Below are positions 53,956-64,000 of a stretch of 64,000 nt of DNA, in pieces. This DNA is from Perkinsus olseni (taxonomy: Eukaryota): positions 1-64,000 of the forward strand of contig JABANN010000114.1 of assembly GCA_013115125.1 (NCBI GenBank), written 5' to 3'. The notes under the pieces were generated by a model. That model searched no databases and was not told where the DNA came from. It saw nothing but the letters and a program-made list of their open reading frames with translations. Numbering within the stretch: position 1 is the stretch's first letter; every line of letters starts with the position of its first letter. The position numbers and the translations under genes were made by a program.

Positions 53956-54701
53956 TTACCCGCATCAGCCGCCTGACATCGATGAATGGACATCAGATCG
54001 GGAGGGCCGAAGCGGTAGTACCCATGGCCCGCATCTTTGCTATGCCTTCTAAACCCTTCATATCTCCCATTTGCGGCCGACCGACACTGCGGGGGCCTCT
54101 ACCATTGGGACCGCCACCGTTCTGAAATGCGACTCCTCGAACACACAGGCGCCCACACCATGATTGAATCAGGCTTGAGCGCAACGAGAGGGATCGATGT
54201 GAAGATCCAGCGGAGAAGTGCATGCTGGGTGGCAGCAGTTGCTCTACCAAGCACTCGATAGAATCGAGTTGTAGTCCATGAGACCCGATGAGCTCATCAT
54301 GTTTCTACCCGCGTCCGGGCGTACTCAGTCCGCAGACACTATGACCCGTCTGCTACGTCGGGCGTACTGATACACGTGCACAACGTATAACGTTGGAAAT
54401 GCAAGGGGTGTCCCCATTCGTATTACATCCCCTCCCCAGCCACCGCCTCCTTTGCGGCTCCTGTTCGAGGATGGACGGTATGCTGAGCTCGATCCCGGCG
54501 CGAAGATACCCTAAAAGCCGACATCAAATTCGCTTGACTGAACGCACTTAGCCCGCTACTGACTTGCAAGAACAGCATCACCACTCCGAAGACCTTCCAG
54601 AACAGATCAATAACCGCCTGTAGGGGCCACCACAAGCTCAACTTCCTGTGGGGCACTTGGGACTCATCCGAGTACAATACTCCATCCACTATCACCGCCA
54701 T
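53956..54701 (-). CDS. SELENOK: Selenoprotein K-like protein, 4 exons, Sec TGA at 53965-53967
   Basis: MAVIVDGVLY...WWPLQAVIDLFWKVFGVVMLFLQ|GIFAPG...GGGGWGGD|NGGGPNGRGPRSVGRPQMGDMKG...KMRAMG|GUCG*. One TM helix, a G/P/R-rich tail, in-frame TGA three codons before TAA, and a downstream SECIS. Confidence 0.85.
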
Positions 54702-55455
54702 TAATGATGATAACAAAAATCAATATAACTGGCATGACCCCTCCCACCCGAATCCAGGAAATGAACGATTTACATGCTGATGTGAATACCCGCTGCATTT
54801 CCGACCCCAGTACTCCTTTTGCACCGCCAAAGCTGATAATCGGCCCTTTCGGAGTCACAGACTCGAAACTACCAGAGGGGAAGAACGGAAACTGCCGGAT
54901 AGATCATTTCCAGAAACCCAAAACTCGCCGGCGAAAAGGGTCTCACCGTGCAGATCGTGCGGTGATGACTCGCTCAGGAGGAATTCCAATATACGATTGC
55001 GATCCAGATGTGGCGCGGGATAGCCCCGTTGACGGCGGAAGCTAATTGATAATGAACTCCACAGAAGACGACATCGGAAAGGGGCATACAGGGTGGTGAT
55101 GATGGTGGGAGATCAGCTTGGCAGTATCATCATTGATGGTGGTAGCCACAATACTGACGACCCGAAATGGTGATGCGTGTACGAAGACAGCAGCAACACC
55201 AGCCAACAACTAAAATCACTAGGTTAAACACTTCTTGTCCTCAGCCTCCATACAGTCGAATGCAGCCACGCACTAGTAGACGACGCGACCAGCATCAAAC
55301 AGTGGAGGTGATATCGTAAGATGACAAAGTGCTGCCTAGTGATCAGGGTGGGGGCAGCTAACACCCTATGGCGGACTATTCCTCTTTAAGTAGAGCGAGC
55401 AATGGTATCATTGTTACTATCATTTACATTTAGCATCGGTACTAGTAGTTCCAAC

Positions 55456-56643
55456 CTACTCTACAGCACGCGACCCGCTGCTACTACTACCAGTATTCTC
55501 CTCTGTTGTAGCCGGCCTGGGGGCCTTTCTGCTCTTCCTCTGCGTGGGCGCAGGAGCTGCATGGTACAACACCAAGCCACCCAGCGCCAAGGCAAACGAT
55601 ATGGCATACATGGCGTGGGACAACCTGAAACTACCTTCTCTAAGGAAGTCGAACACCGCAGCATAGATGTGGGTAGTTAGCAGAGAAAGGTTCATCACAG
55701 CCGCGTCAAAGAGACCAAGGAAGTGGGCTGTCAACGTGTACATGGTGACCAGACAGAAAACGTATCCTGCCATATACCCAACCGCCACTCCGTTCGTCCA
55801 GTCTATGGCAGCTATCTGCTTGCGCTCATGCGACACGACGTGGATGAGTGAAATCAAAATGCCGAAGAGGCCAATCATACCGAGGAACTCCGCCGAGGCT
55901 AAGAAAGGGTCAATGCAGCGTTTACGCTTCATGTCTTCATCCACGACCTCCGTTTCCAGCTTCGTTGATCGTAATCGCTTCACCATGTACTCCTGGAAGA
56001 CATTGCCACAAGCATAGAGGGTAGCGCCAGCGAGAACGAGGAGATCTCCGACCAGGGCGTCTTGCGAAGAGGCAAGATTATCGGGATTCCTAGTGTAATC
56101 GAGCCACACAGTAAAACCCATTCCCGAGAGGGATATGACAACAGCTCCTATGTGGACCCAGTTGTACTTGGCCTTGAGGAAAATCATTGATAGAACCATC
56201 GCGCAAGGGATGGTGAAGCAGTTGAGCAGTTGAGCTGACGTGATGTTAGTGAACTGATAGGCCCACACAGCGAGGTAGTTCGCGTTGACGTCAATGCAAG
56301 CGAAGATGAGGTAGAACCACCACGGCAAAGTCAAACCGTTCTTCCACGGTTTACAGGCGAAAACGTAAAAGCTCAGAAATACGTAGATGAACATACTCTG
56401 AAAGGCTGGAGCATTGAAGTTGTAGTCACTTGCCAGTACTGTTGAGAAGGCCCCAGTGCCGAAGACGCAGAGGGAGATGATCTGACCCTCTAGGATGGCC
56501 CATGCCTTCATCCGAATAGCTTCCTTGGATATGCCTTGTCGGGATGATGGGTAACAACGCATGGCGGTGGTCGGGCTGTCCTCAAGCAGTAGGGGTCTCG
56601 ATAGGGCGGAGGTGATGAAAGAGAGGTCATCCAGCACTCCCAT
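55456..56643 (-). CDS. SLC35F1/F2-family (DUF914) drug/metabolite-type transporter, intronless
   Basis: 395-aa ORF with about ten TMs: DVNANYLAVWAYQFTNITSAQLLNC, GDLLVLAGATLYACGNVFQE, EFLGMIGLFG, NLSLLT. Confidence 0.88.
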   Translation of the reverse strand: MGVLDDLSFITSALSRPLLLEDSPTTAMRCYPSSRQGISKEAIRMKAWAILEGQIISLCVFGTGAFSTVLASDYNFNAPAFQSMFIYVFLSFYVFACKPWKNGLTLPWWFYLIFACIDVNANYLAVWAYQFTNITSAQLLNCFTIPCAMVLSMIFLKAKYNWVHIGAVVISLSGMGFTVWLDYTRNPDNLASSQDALVGDLLVLAGATLYACGNVFQEYMVKRLRSTKLETEVVDEDMKRKRCIDPFLASAEFLGMIGLFGILISLIHVVSHERKQIAAIDWTNGVAVGYMAGYVFCLVTMYTLTAHFLGLFDAAVMNLSLLTTHIYAAVFDFLREGSFRLSHAMYAISFALALGGLVLYHAAPAPTQRKSRKAPRPATTEENTGSSSSGSRAVE

Positions 56644-56959
56644 GAGGAGTAGAGGTATCTCTGAGACGACATCGGCGTCACACTGATGAGCGGAGCGAAG
56701 CGATTCACGTTGTGGCGTTTTCGAAGTCGCCAGTCACGCGAGCGAACTTGCTACTCGAGCAACAGTGTGCCTTTGTGTTCAACTCTGGGTCGAGTTTGGA
56801 AGCTCAAGTTGCCTTTGATGCGTCGCGGAGTCCCTCTACCCCTACCTCCGTGACCCCGCTGCCCGCCAAGGAAGGGTTTGACAACACAAAGGTGATACAT
56901 CTTCATGAACATCACTCAACTGTATCATTACTCGCAACGGAGTCAGTGCATCATCATCA

Positions 56960-59900
56960 TCATTTACTATGATGGCCTATCGCGGCTGCCTTTGTCACCT
57001 CCAACAGGAGGCTTGGCACCGATGAAAGCTGGTCGAAGGAGGCAAGGGCAGTGACCTGAGTAATGATTGAATGATGCACTCGGCAGCGGTACGGGGAACA
57101 GGTACGGACCTGGTCGAAGTTCTTGAGGACAAAGGACATACAATGGCGTTTGAGGTCGGTCGCCTGATGCTGGTCACTTATCTTCAGAAGGGTACACACA
57201 TTATCAACGTCAACCATGTGGATGAGTACGGCTTGGCAAAGGTGCTTCAAACCGTCCAAGGCATAGTGGTCGGCCTGGCAGGTCACCGGGAGTAGCGGCC
57301 GTCACTCACGGAATCGATAACGAGGAGAAGGAGGTAAGCGCAGACTTACCAAGCCCAGGACCTCCGCCATACTCCCGGTGTCCAATTTATGATGTGCTAC
57401 GCGACCAGTATATAAAAACTCCAGCATGACCGAGAAGGCCTCGAACGACCAGCCGGTCAGTTTGACCTGAGAAACATCACGACCATAGAAGCAAGCAAGG
57501 AACGGAGCAGCAGCAGCACCTCTCGCTCTCGAGACTCCTTCATACCTCCCGTGAACATCGCTCTGAAGTGACTGCATTGAGAGGCCTGAACAGGTCCAGC
57601 GGAGGGTACCACAGGGCACAGGGCCGCGTGATCTCACCAGTATGGCCTTGTGGGCGTAGATTCGCTCGCCGCTGTCACCAATTAACAAAGTTACATCGCT
57701 GAACTCAGGATTGTTGAGGAGGCCACGCAGATTAGACAAGAGCGCTGCGACCTGTACAAGGTTGTAGATCGTAGTGGGAGGATTCACCAGGTGACTTACC
57801 GCGCCCTCCGACAGTTCTGTCTCCTCTAGTCGGGTAACGTCCAGGACGTGAAGATCGTTCAACCAGCGGATACCGTCGAAGCCACCAAAGACAAACAACT
57901 TCGCAGAGCCAACCAAGCATGCTGAATGCCTGAGAGGACGTGGGTCGCATCAGGCGACTGCCGCTTGAAGGAGTGGCATGACCTCTGTCGGCCTGCCGGA
58001 ACATGGTCGCTCTCTGTAGGATGCATCCACCTACAGGAAGCCTAACAACTTGGCAGGGGAGTGAGAGGCCGTGCTTACCTGTGCACGGTCGATCCACTAA
58101 AATCACCAGTGCTAGGAGAGAAGCCACCGGGGTGCCCCGTGTCCAGTATGTAGAGGTCGTTAGACCGACCCTATCCAAAGCTGGAATTCGACGCAGTACG
58201 TGATGAGTCCGGCGCTCTCACCTTGCCATCATACCCGCCGAAAAGGAAGATCTTCCTCCCAATCAAGTTGGCAGTGTGCCCTCGCAAACCTGGCGGGGGC
58301 GTCCCGAGGATGCTAGGCTGGTACCTGCCGGGGTACATACCTCCACCCAGGCTCTCGGCACACTCACCAGAGTAACTTGGTGGTGTCGAAAACATGAAGA
58401 TCTGTGAGATGCTTGTTACCACTGTGACCGCCAAACAGGTACAGCTTCGTACCTTCACGACGAGAGCATGACGAAGCCGTGGCCACAGAGAACGCACCAA
58501 CAACAGTCATCGTGTGAGCGTTCCTCGCCATGGGAGGCTGTCCACAGATGTTGGGTTGAATCCAGGTCATGGTCTCCAGGTCCAGTACATCTGAAAAAGA
58601 ACCTCGTAGCCTCCCTTCCCTCCCCCTCTGAGCTGACCTATGTCATTGAAGCATTTCTGTCCATCATACCCGCCAAACATGTACAACTTCTTATTCAGTC
58701 GCGAGAGCGTATGGCAGGCCCGAGCTGATGGCGACTGCGAAGGCTATACAATGACAACCACTCAATGATTGCTCCCCACCTGGCCGCTAGTTATGACTTT
58801 GACCCAGCGGAGATTCCTGTAGGCGGCGTTCGTGGGGTTGGTCGACAATACCTATCACACGGCGCTAGCCCATGACGTCAACATTGTCGACCTCACAGAC
58901 TCGTCTGCCCTATCTTCGACCTCGTCGTCTACCCTGAGGATTGGCACAGGATGAGGCAAAGTGGCAAGGCAAACGAGAGCCGAGACACAATTTCCACGGA
59001 GCGCTACCGGCCGCTACCGGAACCTACTCTTCCAAATTGCCACTGAGAGCACCTGCGCTGACCTGAGGAAGGGAGACTGACGTCCGATAGTGACTCAGCC
59101 CTAGAAATGTCCTCACCGTCGACCCAGGGTCCCCAGTGCCTTGTGATGCTAGCGTGGGGTTGAGGGTCCCAGGGGAGGCGTACACAGGCGCATTGGCGTT
59201 ACCGCCAGTTGCGGTATCCGCCTGGAAGCTGGTCATGCTCGCCGCCCTGCCGGCCACCATGTTACTCCTCACACCGGGACCTGCCAGCACTCAGCCTACC
59301 ATTCACAGCTGATAGCAGCTATGCATACACGGGCACGAGGGAATCGATGGACCGTCATGGCAGATACTCTCAGACTACCAACCGCCACTCTCATCGCAGT
59401 TCCCTGTGCACGGGTTAAGTGCTCTTACTGGAAGTAGCCGCTGGCCCTCCAGACTGCTGCTGCTGGTGCTGCTGCTGCTGCTGTTGGGTGTACAGTACTG
59501 CAGGAGATCCCGTAGGATAACTGAGCCACAATGGTACGAGGAAGTTGGAGAAGCACGTTGTCGCTGAGGCTACCTCCCAGATCTTTGGAGCTGAGGAGAG
59601 GACGGCGCATCGGCACGACGGGACTGGTGGCGCTGCTGAAGCTGCTGCCCCGCGAGGCGGTGCTCCGGGTAGTCCATATTCACCTGCCTCTATGCATACA
59701 ACAGTAGCCGGGAACTCCCTCTGCCTACCAGAACGTGAGTATCAGCCAACCACTTCCCGCCATCGTGACCGCCGTGGACGAAGAGCCTGCCGTCCACTAC
59801 AGCAGTCGTGTGCTGATGATGATAATAGTGATACGATGATGCAGCGAGCCGGCCGTAGGTGGACTCACGTTATTCCTGGCCGCTGGTATCAGAGTCCCTC

Positions 59901-60400
59901 TAAGCATGACGACCTCATTCCATTGGAATGTTGCAACATCCAGAACATAGAGGTCATTGAGTGCCTGTGTAGTAGTCCCGCCTGGAACGCAGCCGAGCGC
60001 AGTGTTAGCCCTGCCTTCTTGCCATTCCAGCCACCGAAGATATAAAGATTGCCGTCTATGACGTCGCAGGAGTGAGCTGCCCGGGGACCTGACAGAAAAA
60101 CGGCGGCATCAAGCTGACCTCGCTGTAAGCTGCGGATACCTGGATCATCCGTGGTTGACGGGACGGACCACAGCCGCCGCTTGTCAGATGTCCAGGACTC
60201 GCCTTCCTGCCGCGGAGTGAAACCGCTGCAGCTGTCACCAACACTCCCTAAAGGAGGGGACCGAAGTACTCGTAGTGCCGCAGTAGCCGCGACAGCCTAC
60301 CCGACACGGCGGTCCCGGAGCCTCCTCGGAATGCGCCGCCAGAGTCGCCGTCACCATCCGGGCCCAACCCCCAGTGACCTTCACTCTCCCGGCTCAGCAT
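56960..60400 (-). CDS. Kelch-repeat plus BTB/POZ domain protein (LZTR1-like architecture)
   Basis: Kelch repeats (PRAAHS..LYIFGGWNG, ARACHT..MFGGYDG, ARNAHT..LFGGHSG, LRGHTA..FLFGGYDG, LFVFGGFDG), then BTB (FSDVTLLI..IYAHKAIL..FLYTG) and a BACK-like tail. Confidence 0.88.
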
Positions 60401-60519
60401 AGACTAATATGATCACAAAAAACTGCGCCCAGAAGATTCGACGAAAACAACGGTAAGGCATGTCCAAAGCCCCCGAGCAGCGACGCCTATGGTCGCAAAT
60501 ATACAAAGCGGCCTCTCCC

Positions 60520-63500
60520 AAAGTGATAACTTAACAGAGCTCAGCCTGGTGATAACATCAACATCGCACACTGTCCGAAGGGCCTTGATACGCATGAAGC
60601 GGGCTGCAAGACCTCCGATATTTACTGCCTTATCAACGTTGTTGCGGTAATGCTGCCTCCGTCAAGGGTGGGAGAGGAGAGTCCCTGAGGCAGGGTAATC
60701 GATCACTCATCGACCGTCATTGAGTTGATCAGAGACCATCATCGACTGGCCGAAGTAGTCGAGAGAACAGAGAAAGCGAATCCCCACCTTGATGCTGAAG
60801 GCCGTAGTTCTAGCCCGGCGAACGGGCCGCATTTCCTCTCCTATCTCATCCAATAGTGTACCAGCGGCGGCCACCTTCGTTCTGACGGACCGCCATCTAG
60901 CCGATGGGTCTTCCTCCAAGGCCTCATCCAAGTCTGTGTCAGCTACACACACCAACAGGTCAGGCACACATCAAGAGCTAAGGCACTGCGGATCGATCGA
61001 GGCAGTAAATGCCTCGGCCCAGAGAGCAAGAACAGAGCCTCACATTTCACGCTCCGCCTCCGCTCCCTGAATGCTGCAACATGACGCGTCCTCTCAATCT
61101 GCCTCAATATGGACGCCAGCCTGAGCAGGAGGAAGTCATACCGACAAAAGCACAGGAATGACACTGGCCTACTTGAGCCACATGGGGAGGTCCATGTAGC
61201 CTCGATGATCACTATCTAACCAGACAAACAGCCGATGGTACCACTCAGGGTCGTAAGGGCTGCCAACACCCATAAAAACGGCGATACCTGGTAGTTAGTA
61301 AGCATCATAGCTATCCACGTCGGAACATCTTACTTCTAGAAAATTCCTCCTTGCTAAGCTCGCCCCTACACCCTTCGTCAAGCTCCACGAAGACCTTCGC
61401 TAGGCTGGCTTCTGACGGCTTAGTCAGGCTAACGATGGTTTGCGGATCTGACGGAGCGGCCGAGAGACAATATCACCACTAGGGACGGCTGGCAGAGATA
61501 ACCACCTAGAGCGCTATGATCAGCTTTCCGGAGTAGATCCGCAGGTAGATCATCCCCACGGTTCATGACATCTCTGATGAAGTTCACCAGACAGTCATCG
61601 TCGACTGAGTCCACTACAGAAACCTACGAGGACAACGCTTAGCCTCAACCAGGAACAAGAGTGCAGCCCACTTCCCCTGCGCCGCCTTCCGCTGCCCTCG
61701 ACGCTACACCGCGGTCCTCACGAGCGTTGAAGAGGCCTTTAAGGTCCGACACTAGCCTCTGCGTACCTGAAACGAACGGAGGATCGTCACTAGCGGAAGG
61801 CCATCCAGTAGGCAGCAACGCAAAGAGGACCCTACTTATGCTTTTTCTGGATTCTTTGAAGTGATTGACAAGTTCCGTGGGACCTGACATCAGAGCAGTG
61901 CAGTGAGTACTGAATAGGGCACTAAGCTCAACCATACCTGTTCCTGGGCCTGGACGCAGCAGCTCCATCATATCCTTCAGTGCACGAGTATGATCTCGCG
62001 TACCAGCCTCATCTGAGTACCACTCCAACCTCATCTTTCAAACGTCTATCCCTCGGTTCCACCTCGTGGTGAGTCGCTCCGCCGAGGGCTGCTCCTTCCT
62101 CGCTCTTCTTGCTGGCGAAGAATGACCAACGGCCTCTGATCCCGCGTCTTCATGAGCCTGACGGACAGCAGCGTCCACATCCGAAAGCTCCTATGCGACC
62201 AGCTCCTTCCAGCTGGGGCGATCTCGCGGCTCTCAGGGATGCCCACGGCTGCACGAAGTAGTATGACTTACCGCTCGTAGACAGGTAGAAGGGCGGAGTC
62301 GGATTTCTGCGGGGTCAGATAGACACTTGCACACTGTCCTCGACCGGTCCCTCGATGCTTCCTCAGCAGCGATACCCCCCTGCCCGGCAGCTCGGCACTA
62401 CTACTGCATCCCAGTATATCTGGAACCTGAACGAGGGGTAACGACGACCAGTAGCCACCCGAAGTCCCACTCGGAGTTGCTCGAACTCTGATCTCACGGA
62501 CAGGCCGCAGCTCGTAACCGATACGGGCTTGCCGACCTCGAGCATCCCTGCAATCAGAAACCTTGTATCCCACAGGAGCTGTACAAGTGGCCACTCTACC
62601 GTCATAACACCATTCCCTGAAAACCCTATTGTGCTGCTCCCGGAGCAGAGTCAGCTCGAGGGTATCCATGTCCGTGTCGATGTGTTCTCGCATACGCCGA
62701 CAATTCTTGCGGAAGCGGGACTTAGCTCGGGACTGAGTAAAGTACCATCTCCTATCCTACAGCGTCAACACGCGGATGCTCACAATATCGTCGTCAGTCG
62801 GCCCTCCGCCACGCAGTAACCTCGATCCAGCTCTGGCCAGAGACCCCCTCTGGCTCCGTGGGGACGATGAGATTGACAATGCGACCGAAGGACAAACAAC
62901 TTCATAACGCCACCGTCGACGGAAGAGGCGGTTCCCCTGGAGACTCCGCGGCGAAGGAGAGAACACCAAGCCTTCAGGCATGACACCAATGTACTCAATA
63001 ATGCAGTCTTGATAAATTGTGAATTATGTCATCGTACACTACCGCTGAATTTGGTCCAAAGTGCCGATGTCTCGAGCCTCTCGGAACACCCTCCTCTCCA
63101 GGGCCTCCACCTGAGGGGACAGCAGCAGTGGGGCACGGCTAGGGTTAGATGCAAGGATGGGGAACAGCCGTTGTGGTTGAATGATCTCACGTCATCACTG
63201 AGGTCTTCGATTGACCAGGACCCTTTTTCCTCCGGTTGCTCAGATCTAAGCAAAAGTTGGTAACCACTGTTAGTTGACCGCGCGTGAGCACTCACCTCTC
63301 CCTGTGGGCCAACGATTCACGATACGCCTTGCACGACTCTTCGAGCCCTCTTCGGTGCTCCAAAAAGCTCACCCGTCGAGCCTCGTGTATCTGCAGTGCG
63401 ACCCACTACGGCATGAGCGACCGCCAAGAAGTTTACTTTGGCCAGATGCTTTCGGCCGTGCACCACCCCCTCGAGCACCTTCCCTTGGCGGCGCTCCAAC

Positions 63501-64000
63501 TCCGCCAATTGGATCCGGGGAGCAAACCCGTGCATCGTCGCTGTCTCGGTATCGCCCCCCAGAGAAGGGGATGTGTTCATCGTGAGCATTCTCCACTGGG
63601 GGCCTTCACGTCCAACGGCCACAGCACCAGTCGAGCTACTCGCCACAGAAGCGGCAAGTCTGATTCTCTCAGCAACTCGGCGCGCAGGGGGTGACCCCAG
63701 GACCGGTGGCTTCGATCGGAGCCTGTGGAGCCTTCTCCGGACACTTTGACTGCTGCATTCATCCCAGGCATCGTTCTCTTTGAACACTCCTTTGACACTA
63801 GGCGGTGGTACCCCAGCAGGCACACGAGGGCCATGGACCTTCATCGCATGGCTTGGTTCGAGCCACCTTCTATTCCGCCTCCCAGGGTTAGCACACCAAC
63901 CCCTACCGGTGGCAGTGCTGCCAGAGGAGCCTCCATCCAGTGGTCGCCTGCGTATCATGTCCAAGTCATCCGTAAAGCTACGTGATCCCAGAACAAACCT
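60520..64000 (-). CDS. Large hypothetical helical protein, 5' end outside the window
   Basis: Run of minus-strand ORF fragments separated by short introns (RIQLAELERRQGKVLEGVVHGRKHLAK; MREHIDTDMDTLELTLLREQH; YDFLLLRLASILRQIE). Family not confidently recognised; 3' end approximate. Confidence 0.45.

Noticed and set aside
63317-63560. Resemblance of the last gene to VPS50/VPS54-type tethering subunits
   Set aside because: Only a weak coiled-coil similarity (GRKHLAK); not enough to name without an HMM search.
63284-63985. Plus-strand ORFs near the window end, and many other short antisense ORFs in the track
   Set aside because: They overlap better-supported spliced genes on the opposite strand and show no recognisable motifs.

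Overview
Gene-dense eukaryotic genomic DNA with many very short (~45-55 nt) GT-AG and occasional GC-AG introns, (CAT)n/(GAT)n microsatellites and long strand-coherent gene blocks. By inference it comes from an alveolate protist, most like Perkinsus. About 28 spliced protein genes can be reconstructed by hand: an amino-acid permease, acetyl-CoA transporter, Cox17, a DRP5/Dlp-type dynamin, a secreted Cys-domain mucin, a CELF-like RRM protein, RFC3, citrate synthase, DAHP synthase, PDAP1, LSM4, CCT6, eIF1A, PKA regulatory subunit, a DUF900-like hydrolase, a degenerate RluA-like protein, a membrane class III cyclase, two tandem PTC7-type PP2Cs, a HAD-IIA phosphatase, HIBCH, SLC35F, a Kelch-BTB protein and several hypotheticals. 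Highlights missed by the ORF track: (1) a spliced selenoprotein-K-like gene ending M-G-G-U-C-G-stop, with an in-frame TGA in a 17-nt last coding exon and a type-II-like SECIS right after it; (2) a ~300-nt hairpin-rich intron in that gene with C/D-box-like motifs; (3) two enzymes with the same variant PTS2 peroxisomal signal (RLx5HV). All exon boundaries are manual inferences and no database searches were run.
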